Origin: Promethearchaeota archaeon
GTDB lineage: Archaea; Asgardarchaeota; Lokiarchaeia; Sigyniarchaeales; SOKP01
Reading direction: 5' to 3'
NCBI GenBank assembly: GCA_048941285.1
Contig: JBHLNS010000074.1
Span: 1-11,382 of the forward strand
DNA length: 11,382 nucleotides
Part shown: piece by piece, positions 1-7,595 of the stretch
Layout: each line of letters begins with the position of its first letter
Position numbering within the stretch: the stretch's first letter is position 1
Made by a program: the position numbers and the translations under genes
The notes under the pieces: model-generated
What the model was told of the DNA's origin: nothing
Seen by the model: only the letters and a program-made list of their open reading frames with translations
Database searches by the model: none

Positions 1-105
1 CTTTAATTTTAAAAGAATATCTTTTTTTAATTACAATTAAATAATTTTTTTTTTAAATAATCCAAACTAAAATAATTGTAGACCTTTAACAATTTTTTTA
101 ATAAT

Positions 106-1830
106 ATGATTGAAATGAAAACTGAAGTTTATGTAAATAAAATTATTGAAGACACAGGCCTTACGAGAAAAGAAATTCAGAATTTAGTAGAAGATAAGAA
201 GAATGAATTAAAAGGATTAATTTCTGAGGAAGGAGCTTTATTTATTATTGCAAAAGAGTTAGGAGTTGATATAAAAGGAGAAAGTAAAGATCTCTTAAAG
301 GATATTGAAATCTTTATTTCAGATATCACTCAAAATATGAAAAACATAACCTTGTATGGAAGAATCAAAGAGGTTTATAAAGTAAATAGCTTTGAGAGAA
401 ATGATGGAAGTAAAGGATATGTAGGGTCATTTTTACTGCATGATAGCACCGGAGATGCCCGAATTGTGCTTTGGGATGATCAGGTGAAAATATTTACAGA
501 ACCTAATTTCGAAAAAAATGAAATAATTAAAGTTATTAATGGGAGCGCGAAAAAAGGTAAATATGGAAAAATGGAAATCCATATAGGAAGTTATGGAAAA
601 GTAATTTTATCACCAGAAGATGTAGATTATAAAAAATATCCAAAAATTACATTTAAATCAATTGATATTAATAATATTAACTTAAATCTTAATTCTTTAT
701 CATTGGAAGGGAAAATAATTCAATTATCACCAAAAAGAGAATTTACTCGAAAAGATGGTGAATTAGGAAATGTACAATCTTTGACATTGTTAGATTCAAC
801 AGGTTCAATTAGGATCACCTTTTGGAATGAAGATACTACAAAATTGAAAGCACTAGAACTTAATGACGTTATATCCATAACCAACTTAAACCCTCGTCTC
901 AGTTCTCTAGATTCAAAAACTATAGAATTAACTGCAAACAGAAACACATCTATCACAAAAAAGACTGAAGATTTAGATATTAAGGGAAAATCTGTAAAGA
1001 AAGTAAAGGAACTTCAAAATAGGTCAGGAGTGGTCTCATTTAAAGGCATAATAACGTCAATTGATAATCTAAAGTCAATAACTTTAAAATCTGGAGAAGT
1101 AGTTCCTTTATTAGGATTTATTGTTAGTGATAATAGCGATGGCATTAGAATCACAATTTGGCGTGAAAAAGCCGAAGAATATTCAGAACTATTGACTGTT
1201 GGACAAGGATTGTCATTAAAAAATGTTCTTGTAAAATATAGTTCTTTTTCAAGTAGAAATGAAATCTCTTTAATTAATGAATCATCAATAGAGTTAATTG
1301 AACTTGAAATTCCAAACCTAAAAAGTATTGAGATATCAGGAAGAGATAAAGCAACAAATTTTTCTGGTAATTATACCAACATCGAAAAAATTAATGCTGC
1401 CGGCACATATGAAATAAAGGGATTTATAGCAAAAGATCTCAATAAAATAACAGTTTATGAAGCCTGTAAAAATTGTATGAAAAAAGTTGAAAATTGTACA
1501 TGCGATAAAGCCGGCGATAGTGAATATCGGATGATATTAAACCTAATTATCGATGATGGAACTGGAACTATTAGGACTACTTTTATGGGAGGATTGGCAG
1601 AGAAGTTACTAGGAGTAGAAACAAATAATATTGTACAGCTTATAGAAACACCTGAATTTGAGAAATTTTTGGAAAGTAAATCCTCTGAACTCTTAGGGAA
1701 AGATATTATTATTAAAGGAAGAGCCAAATTTAGTGATTTTTCAAATCAATACGAAATTTCTGTATATGATTTTAGAGACATAAATATTGATGAGGAATTA
1801 GAAAGAGTAATGAAAAAAATTGAAACTTAA
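106..1830 (+). CDS. rpa: Replication protein A (ssDNA-binding, multiple OB folds plus C-terminal Zn-binding OB fold)
   Basis: N-terminal helical segment typical of archaeal RPA (KKNELKGLISEEGALFIIAKELGV); repeated OB-fold signatures DSTGDARIVLWD, DSTGSIRITFWN, DNSDGIRITIWR, DDGTGTIRTTFMG; Cys cluster CKNC-x6-CTC in the last OB fold. Start could be the ATG at 115. Confidence 0.92.
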   Translation: MIEMKTEVYVNKIIEDTGLTRKEIQNLVEDKKNELKGLISEEGALFIIAKELGVDIKGESKDLLKDIEIFISDITQNMKNITLYGRIKEVYKVNSFERNDGSKGYVGSFLLHDSTGDARIVLWDDQVKIFTEPNFEKNEIIKVINGSAKKGKYGKMEIHIGSYGKVILSPEDVDYKKYPKITFKSIDINNINLNLNSLSLEGKIIQLSPKREFTRKDGELGNVQSLTLLDSTGSIRITFWNEDTTKLKALELNDVISITNLNPRLSSLDSKTIELTANRNTSITKKTEDLDIKGKSVKKVKELQNRSGVVSFKGIITSIDNLKSITLKSGEVVPLLGFIVSDNSDGIRITIWREKAEEYSELLTVGQGLSLKNVLVKYSSFSSRNEISLINESSIELIELEIPNLKSIEISGRDKATNFSGNYTNIEKINAAGTYEIKGFIAKDLNKITVYEACKNCMKKVENCTCDKAGDSEYRMILNLIIDDGTGTIRTTFMGGLAEKLLGVETNNIVQLIETPEFEKFLESKSSELLGKDIIIKGRAKFSDFSNQYEISVYDFRDINIDEELERVMKKIET

Positions 1831-1852
1831 ATTAAATTTGAAATCTCTAATG

Positions 1853-2290
1853 CTATTGAGAGATTAAACAGATGCTACTAAATTTATCAGGATTTTCTAA
1901 AAAATCATTAAATGATTCTAAAATTTTTAGTCTTGTTAAATTTTTTAGCTGCAAATTAAAAGGCCAAACCCCAATGATTATATCTCCTAAATTCTTCACA
2001 TTACTAATTAAATATCCTATTTTTTTCCCATCTGCTTTAAATGTGCATAATAAGACAAGGTAATAATTATAAGAATAATCAACTAAAGGTTTACCAATTA
2101 TGAGAACTTCTTCAATGTTTTGAAAATTTATTAAATTACTGATTTTTTCATTAGCTTTTTTAAATTCTGAGAATTTAGCGGGTACCGATATTGGTTTTTC
2201 AAATTCTAAATTTCTGAAGCTTAATGTGAGATTTTTATTTTCAAATTGCTCAAGAGCCCTGAAGATTACTTTAAAGATAACTGAATTCAT
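1853..2290 (-). CDS. Hypothetical protein (145 aa)
   Basis: ATG-initiated 145-codon ORF filling the gap between rpa and aIF1, convergent with rpa with stops 22 nt apart; no recognisable motif. Confidence 0.65.
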   Translation of the reverse strand: MNSVIFKVIFRALEQFENKNLTLSFRNLEFEKPISVPAKFSEFKKANEKISNLINFQNIEEVLIIGKPLVDYSYNYYLVLLCTFKADGKKIGYLISNVKNLGDIIIGVWPFNLQLKNLTRLKILESFNDFLENPDKFSSICLISQ

Positions 2291-2378
2291 AGAAACTATA
2301 CTAATTTATTATTAATCTATATATTACTAATGTTTTCCAACTTCTTATATGTATTTGAGAGTTTAGCCTTTCAAATGA

Positions 2379-2696
2379 TTATTCCTGAATAAGAATATTT
2401 TCCTCGGGAAATCCTAGATCAATTAAGAATTTTTTCATTTTAAAACGATGATCTCCTTGGAGTTCAACTTCATTATCCCTTACAGTCCCTCCAGAAGCAC
2501 ATTTTTTTTTTGCTTTAGTTAATATATTCTTTAAGTTTAAATCAAAATTACCGATAAATTTAACAACGGTAACAACTCTCCCCCATTTCCTTGTATCATT
2601 AGAGATCACTATTTGTTGCTCATCAGCACTTAAGCTATCACATATACATAGTTCTTTTGGAAAACTACATATAGGACAAATGTCGTCGTCTTTAAT
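2379..2696 (-). CDS. sui1: Translation initiation factor aIF1 (SUI1/eIF1 family), about 105 aa, extended upstream of the ORF-track call to a putative ATT start
   Basis: SUI1 core KKKCASGGTV...ELQGDHR...L..LGF. The frame stays open upstream of GTG 2609 and encodes the archaeal aIF1 N-terminus KDDDICPICSFPKELCICDSLSADEQQ; in-frame TAG at 2702-2700. Gene identity is secure, the start position is inferred. Confidence 0.9.
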   Translation of the reverse strand: MKDDDICPICSFPKELCICDSLSADEQQIVISNDTRKWGRVVTVVKFIGNFDLNLKNILTKAKKKCASGGTVRDNEVELQGDHRFKMKKFLIDLGFPEENILIQE

Positions 2697-2704
2697 ACTC
2701 TATT

Positions 2705-2714
2705 ATCACAACCT
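2705..2714 (-). promoter_or_regulatory. Shine-Dalgarno-like site for aIF1
   Basis: Minus strand AGGTTGTGAT matches 8/10 positions of AGGAGGTGAT, the complement of the 16S 3' end (ATCACCTCCT) seen in this same window; 8 nt upstream of ATT 2696. Confidence 0.65.
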
Positions 2715-2910
2715 TTATTGTTAAAACTTTTTAAAATTTAAATCTAAAAAATAATAGAATAAAATCTTATAAAAATCTTTTTCATTTCAGAGAGAAGCTT
2801 TGATAAAATATTTCTAATTTTTTAAGTAAGGATAATTAATTGAAAATTTTTTATGGTTTGTCTAGGATTTCAAATTTGGGTTTTTAAAAATTTAGAATTG
2901 AATTTCCAAC

Positions 2911-2928
2911 CAAAAAAGTATTTAAAGC
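2911..2928 (+). promoter_or_regulatory. Candidate BRE/TATA promoter for the small GTPase
   Basis: CAAAAAAG-TATTTAAAG: purine-rich run followed by a TTTAAA box about 65-75 nt before the ATG; the AT-rich background makes this weak. Confidence 0.3.
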
Positions 2929-2992
2929 AAAATTTTTATTATTTATCAAATAGCTTATTCTTTATGGTAGAATATTAATTTGATAGATTAAA

Positions 2993-3520
2993 ATGCAGAG
3001 CTCATGGATTTTTAAAGTGATTGTTGCTGGTGCCGGGGGTGTAGGAAAAACTGCGATGATAACTCGGTACTGTACGGGAAAATTCGAAGAAGGATATAAA
3101 ATGACAATAGGTGCCGGATTTCATACAAAATCTGAAACACTAGACGATGGAGAATCTGTAAAAATGCAACTTTGGGATTTTGCTGGAGAAAAACGATTCC
3201 GTGAACTCTTGCCAGACTATTGTAAAGGAGCTAGTGGCGCATTCATATGTTTTGATATTAGTGATTATGACACATTTAGAGAAATACCTGAATGGCTTAA
3301 GATAATTCGCCAAAAAGCTGGTTTCATTCCTATAATTCTCCTTGGTATGAAATGGGATCTTAATAATCATGAGGTAGATTTTGAGATAGCAAATGACTAT
3401 GCAATCAAGGCAAAGTGTAATCAATGTGTATTCTGTTCATCAAAAGCAAATATCAATATCAATGAGTCATTTCATGCTATGGCGAAATGGTTGATATATT
3501 ATGCTGCTCAGTCCGATTAA
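2993..3520 (+). CDS. Rab-like small GTPase (Ras superfamily)
   Basis: G1 GAGGVGKT, G2 Thr in YKMTIG, G3 WDFAGE, G4 MKWD, G5 CSSK; RabF-like motifs IGAGF, KMQLW, RFRELL, YCKGA, CFDIS; no C-terminal prenylation Cys. Confidence 0.93.
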   Translation: MQSSWIFKVIVAGAGGVGKTAMITRYCTGKFEEGYKMTIGAGFHTKSETLDDGESVKMQLWDFAGEKRFRELLPDYCKGASGAFICFDISDYDTFREIPEWLKIIRQKAGFIPIILLGMKWDLNNHEVDFEIANDYAIKAKCNQCVFCSSKANININESFHAMAKWLIYYAAQSD

Positions 3521-3555
3521 ATTATACATAAATATTTAATATTAGTTTCTAAATT

Positions 3556-3571
3556 GAAAAGCCTTTAAATA
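3556..3571 (+). promoter_or_regulatory. Candidate BRE/TATA promoter for tRNA-Asn
   Basis: GAAAAGCC-TTTAAATA fits the archaeal BRE plus TATA consensus, about 65 nt upstream of the tRNA 5' end. Confidence 0.35.
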
Positions 3572-3634
3572 GTAAGGAAAAAGCTAAATATTATATTTAA
3601 TATAATATTATATCAGAAAAAATATCATAATTGT

Positions 3635-3738
3635 GCCTCCGTAGCTCAGCTAGGTAGAGCACCCGGCTGTTAACCGGGCGGTCGCATGTTCGATCCATAC
3701 ATCACTCGATCTCCGTGTAGTGGGGGAAGCCGGGGGCG
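3635..3738 (+). tRNA. tRNA-Asn(GUU) with 30-nt intron (3699-3728) at position 63/64 in the T-stem
   Basis: Acceptor GCCTCCG/CGGGGGC, D-stem GCTC/GAGC, anticodon arm CCCGG-CTGTTAA-CCGGG; T-arm GCATG-TTCGATC-CAT|GC is complete only after removing 3699-3728; discriminator G73; CCA not encoded. Confidence 0.9.
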
Positions 3739-3933
3739 CAATTTCTATTTTTAATGAAAGTTGGAGAAAGAATTAAATTTCTAATTATTCTAATTCAAAT
3801 ATTTGTTCAAAATTTTTGGTTTTAATGTAATTAAGTATTGGAGATGTACGATTTTCTTTTGGATTTTATTGAAATTCTTATAAATAACTAATTATGCTCT
3901 TTTAATACTTAATTGATTTATAATCTTTTAAAG

Positions 3934-4038
3934 TGCTCCCGCCGGGATTCGAACCCGGGTCGGCGGGGTGAAGGCCCGCAATGCGATACCTTTTCTACAA
4001 AATTTGTTGAAAAATTGGCCGGACTACACTACGGGAGC
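3934..4038 (-). tRNA. tRNA-Glu(UUC) with 30-nt intron (3985-4014) at 21/22; C33 variant
   Basis: Minus strand GCTCCCG TA GTGT AGTCCGGCCAA [intron] GCAT T GCGGG CCTTCAC CCCGC CGAC CCGGG TTCGAAT CCCGG CGGGAGC A; 75 nt after splicing; archaeal Glu-type D-loop. Confidence 0.9.
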
Positions 4039-4152
4039 TGGAAATTTTTAACAATAAAAAGATGAATGAGTCTTAATTTAAATTACTACTATTTAGTTAG
4101 AATGTTTTAATTTATTTTGTGTTAAAAATTTTATGAATAATGGTCTAAATAA

Positions 4153-4270
4153 TGCGGGAAGGGAGATTTGAACTCCCGAACTCCTATGAGAATGGATTCT
4201 AAGTCCACCGCCTATAGTCGGCTTTAGATCAAGCTAATTATCACCTTTGACCAGACTTGGCAATTCCCGC
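4153..4270 (-). tRNA. tRNA-Leu(UAG) with 33-nt intron (4214-4246) at 21/22
   Basis: Acceptor GCGGGAA/TTCCCGC, A73, anticodon arm GTGGA-CTTAGAA-TCCAT, long variable arm, T-arm GGGAG-TTCAAAT-CTCCC; 85 nt after splicing; BHB central helix GGTC/GACT fixes the otherwise slidable junction. Confidence 0.93.
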
Positions 4271-4446
4271 AGTTTAGTGTTATAAAACGGTTTTAATATT
4301 TAATTAAAATAATTACTTATAAAAAAATTTCTCATGATAAAATTAAAACTTAAATACGATTGAATTAAAAGAAAAAAATTTTTAATTATATATAATACAA
4401 ATAAAATAATTTAAAGTGTTAACATAAAAAAATCTTGGTTCCCTAA

Positions 4447-5445
4447 ATGAGTGTAAGAGAATCTTTAATAAAACATTTGACATCTATTCTGCGTGCTTCA
4501 GAAGGCACTGTCTTAGTTGTTTTATGTGATCAGAACGGCCTTTCAATAGCAAAAATAGGAAGAAAAAGTGATATTGAATTAAATCCAAATCAAATTACAA
4601 GTTTGGCTTCAGCAGCATTTACTGCAAGTGAAGAAAATTGGGAAGATTTAAACATTAAAGACCAAGTTATTTCATTTTCATATTTTGATAAGGTTTGTTT
4701 GGTAACAATTAGAATTAATGAAACACTTTTAACAATAGTGCATGATTATCATAAAGAATGGCCTATAGACGCTGATAATTTAGCGACAGCCATGTATTAT
4801 CTTAAACAGAAGCTGGGAGAATTTTTTGGAAGTGGAAATGAATCTGAAAGAGAAATTGAAATTTTTTGTGATAAAGTTCGTAGTGCAATTTATTTATTTG
4901 GAATGGGTTCAGAAGTTCCCTTCGCATCATATAAACCCGAAATAATTGAATCATCAAATCCCTTACCTTCCATAAGAAAAGTTCTAGATTCTGTACAGAA
5001 TCCTGTTTTTATACGATATGGATTAGTGAATCCTTCGGGGTTAACTCTAGATGCTAAGGAGATTAGTGGAGAAGATTTGCCAATATCTATTGAGGCTTTC
5101 TCTGCAAATGCTAATGTTGCTTTTCAGAAAATGAAGGAAGAATCAGGAGGGAGTTCTATTGGTGATCTATTATGCTACATCGCAATTTCTGGCGAAGATT
5201 CTGAAAATTTTTATGGTTTAATAGCATGCCCTTCAGGTAAAATCAATTTCTCAAGCACAGGACAAACTTCAAATGTAGAAGATGTATCTTTTATTGGGTT
5301 ATTTAGATTAACTTATGGGGGGATCCCAGTTATTTGTGAATCAAGAAATATTATTAATTCGATAATGCAAATATTAGGTGAAGAACAAATAACTGAGAAC
5401 TTTATCAAATCTGTAAACGTTCTTACAAGTTTTAAGTATGATTGA
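4447..5445 (+). CDS. Roadblock/LAMTOR2 (LC7)-domain protein, probably two tandem Roadblock-like domains
   Basis: N-terminal pattern helix-(VLVVLCDQNGLSIA)-helix(QITSLASAAFTASEE)-beta strands is Roadblock-like; the second half repeats it (RYGLVNPSGLTLDA...IEAFSANANVAFQKMKEE). Confidence 0.75.
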   Translation: MSVRESLIKHLTSILRASEGTVLVVLCDQNGLSIAKIGRKSDIELNPNQITSLASAAFTASEENWEDLNIKDQVISFSYFDKVCLVTIRINETLLTIVHDYHKEWPIDADNLATAMYYLKQKLGEFFGSGNESEREIEIFCDKVRSAIYLFGMGSEVPFASYKPEIIESSNPLPSIRKVLDSVQNPVFIRYGLVNPSGLTLDAKEISGEDLPISIEAFSANANVAFQKMKEESGGSSIGDLLCYIAISGEDSENFYGLIACPSGKINFSSTGQTSNVEDVSFIGLFRLTYGGIPVICESRNIINSIMQILGEEQITENFIKSVNVLTSFKYD

Positions 5446-5495
5446 ATTATAATTAATTTATTTAGTTAATGTACTATTTATTTTTAATATTGATA

Positions 5496-5957
5496 ATGAA
5501 TAACGTTAATTCAAAAAGAGATCGGCCAGAATTATATTGTCTAAATTATCGAGAGTGCGATCCCAAGAAATGTACAGGTTATAAATTAAGTAGACTAAAT
5601 CTTTTAAAAATAATATATAGGATTGATAAAAACTTAAAGAATTGCATCATACTAAATCCCTTTGCATCTAATGAATTATCAGATCTTGACAGATTCTTAA
5701 TCTCTAAATTCGGATTAATAGTAATTGATTGCTCCTGGGGCAATATTATGAATTTAAAAAATTTAAAATTTAAGAACGGTCGGAAATTACCTCCCTTAAT
5801 AGCTGCTAATCCGACAAATTATGGTAAATGGGAAAAATTAAGTTCTGCAGAAGCTTTAGCTGCCGCTTTATATATTACTAATTTTCCCGATAAAGCAGAT
5901 TTGATTCTCTCAAAATTTTCTTGGGGGAATACATTCAAGAAAATAAATAAATTTTAA
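5496..5957 (+). CDS. tsr3: Tsr3 SSU rRNA aminocarboxypropyltransferase (DUF367)
   Basis: Motifs ECDPKKCTG, VIDCSW, RKLPPLIAANPTNYGK, KLSSAEALAAAL, FSWG. The second ATG (5496) is preferred over 5469, whose extension is AT-rich and non-conserved-looking. Confidence 0.93.
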   Translation: MNNVNSKRDRPELYCLNYRECDPKKCTGYKLSRLNLLKIIYRIDKNLKNCIILNPFASNELSDLDRFLISKFGLIVIDCSWGNIMNLKNLKFKNGRKLPPLIAANPTNYGKWEKLSSAEALAAALYITNFPDKADLILSKFSWGNTFKKINKF

Positions 5958-5990
5958 TAAAATAAAGAAAATAAAAAATCTTTAATAAAA

Positions 5991-7595
5991 TTATTCTTCA
6001 GGACCTTTTGATAGAGTAGAAGCCGCAATAACGTCATCAATTTTAAGAATCATCGAAGAGACTTCAGTTGCTGATTGGATAGCTTGAGTTAAGACGGATA
6101 ATGGTTCTAAAACCCCTAATTTTACCATATCATCAGGTTTACCCGAATCAATATTGATCCCAAATGAATTTCCTGCTTCAGTCTCATGTTTTGACCTAAG
6201 CTCAACAATTAAATCTACAGGATTATATCCTGCATTTTCAACTAATGTTTTAGGAATTATCTCTAAAGCATTAGCATAAACTTCAATTGCCAATTGTTCT
6301 CTTCCTCCTATTGATCTAGCAAATGCTCTTAAGCGTTTTGCTAATTCAATTTCAGAGGCTCCACCCCCAGGAAGTATGAAAGGTAATTCTATTGCTGCTT
6401 TAACCACTGATAATGCGTCATTTAGCATTCTTTCTGCTTCATCAACAACATGTTCAATACCTGCTCTTATTAGTATACTTACTGCCTTTGGATGAGCACA
6501 CTCTGAAATAAAGATCATATTGTCATCTCCTACTTTCTTTTCTTCTACTTTCCCTGCTTCTCCTAAATCATTCTCACTGATTTCAAAGATGTTATTTATT
6601 ATTTTTGCGTTAGTCGCTCTTGCTAATTTCTCCATATCAGATTTCTTAACTCTGCGTACAGTTAATATCCCTTCTTTTGCAAGAAAGTTTTGGGCTTTAT
6701 CATCAACTCCTTTTTGACAAAAAACCACATTGGCGTTAATATCTTTTAATTTCGCAACCCGATTTTTAAGCATATTTGCTTCTTCTTCAAGAAATTTGTT
6801 AATTTGATCGGGTGTTTGAACACGAATTTCAGCATCAAATTCAGTCTTTTCTACTTCTAATGAAGAGTCGATTAGAGCAATTTTAGCGTTTTTAATTAAT
6901 TTTGGCATCATTGAATGAACAACTTCTTTATCGACGATAATTCCATCAATGATATTAGTATCTAAAAGGCTTTTTCCCTCTTTTTTAATGAGTTGAATTT
7001 GATCTAAATCAACCATTATATTACTTCCACGCTCTTCTTTAATCTGACTTACAGCTTTTACAGCAATGTTCGCAAAATGATTTTTTACACCAGCGATTAA
7101 TTTACTATTCATAGAAGTTTCTGCAACTTTCATTAAGGTATCTGCATCATTAATATCAATTTTTATTGACAACTCTTGTAATAAATCTTTGCTTTTGAGT
7201 AAAGCTTTTCTATAACCTCTGAAAATAATTGTAGGGTGAACTGATTGTTCCATTAACTCTTCTGCTAAGTTCAATAATTCCCCTGATATAATTACACTTG
7301 TAGTTGTTCCATCTCCAACTTTATCATCTTGAGTTTTAGCTACCTCAACTATCATTTTAGCAGCAGGATGTTCAACATCAATGGTATCCAAAATCGTTGC
7401 GCCATCATTTGTAATCGTAACATCTCCTAAAGAATCAACAAGCATTTTATCCATGCCTTTAGGCCCTAATGTAGTTCTTACGGCTTCAGCGACTGCTTTA
7501 GCAGCCGCGATATTATTTTTTTGGGCATCTTTTCCTCGTTTTCTTTCAGTTCCTTCTTTTAATATAAGGATTGGAACACCGGATAATTGTGCCAT
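5991..7595 (-). CDS. thsA: Thermosome subunit (group II chaperonin)
   Basis: [52 protein letters not shown]; alpha versus beta assignment is not secure. Confidence 0.96.
   Translation of the reverse strand: MAQLSGVPILILKEGTERKRGKDAQKNNIAAAKAVAEAVRTTLGPKGMDKMLVDSLGDVTITNDGATILDTIDVEHPAAKMIVEVAKTQDDKVGDGTTTSVIISGELLNLAEELMEQSVHPTIIFRGYRKALLKSKDLLQELSIKIDINDADTLMKVAETSMNSKLIAGVKNHFANIAVKAVSQIKEERGSNIMVDLDQIQLIKKEGKSLLDTNIIDGIIVDKEVVHSMMPKLIKNAKIALIDSSLEVEKTEFDAEIRVQTPDQINKFLEEEANMLKNRVAKLKDINANVVFCQKGVDDKAQNFLAKEGILTVRRVKKSDMEKLARATNAKIINNIFEISENDLGEAGKVEEKKVGDDNMIFISECAHPKAVSILIRAGIEHVVDEAERMLNDALSVVKAAIELPFILPGGGASEIELAKRLRAFARSIGGREQLAIEVYANALEIIPKTLVENAGYNPVDLIVELRSKHETEAGNSFGINIDSGKPDDMVKLGVLEPLSVLTQAIQSATEVSSMILKIDDVIAASTLSKGPEE

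Noticed and set aside
720-2063. Antisense ORFs 720-956, 1455-1727 and 1872-2063
   Set aside because: Fully inside longer genes on the opposite strand; no motifs; typical shadow ORFs.
2379-2609. ORF-track call of aIF1 starting at GTG 2609 (76 aa)
   Set aside because: It removes the conserved Cys-rich N-terminus encoded in frame upstream.
2715-2992. AT-rich divergent intergenic region as a replication origin, ncRNA or CRISPR array
   Set aside because: No ORB-like G-string repeats, no adjacent cdc6/orc1, no regular repeats and no GC-rich structured segment; best explained as divergent promoters.
3754-3825. Short ORF MKVGERIKFLIILIQIFVQNFWF between the convergent tRNA-Asn and tRNA-Glu
   Set aside because: Only 23 codons, no SD, compatible with chance in AT-rich spacer DNA.
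3967-3973. Reading the Glu tRNA loop as CT-TCA-CC (UCA anticodon, Sec or opal suppressor)
   Set aside because: The shifted register destroys the anticodon stem, the loop would have a pyrimidine at 37, and there is no long variable arm; the body is Glu-type.
4214-4246. C/D-box-like words (GTGATAA, CCGA) in the tRNA-Leu intron
   Set aside because: Both boxes are mismatched and 33 nt is too short for a normal C/D guide RNA.
3635-4270. tRNA cluster as an integration site of a mobile element
   Set aside because: No duplicated tRNA 3' fragment, integrase or transposase seen in the window; flanking genes look chromosomal.
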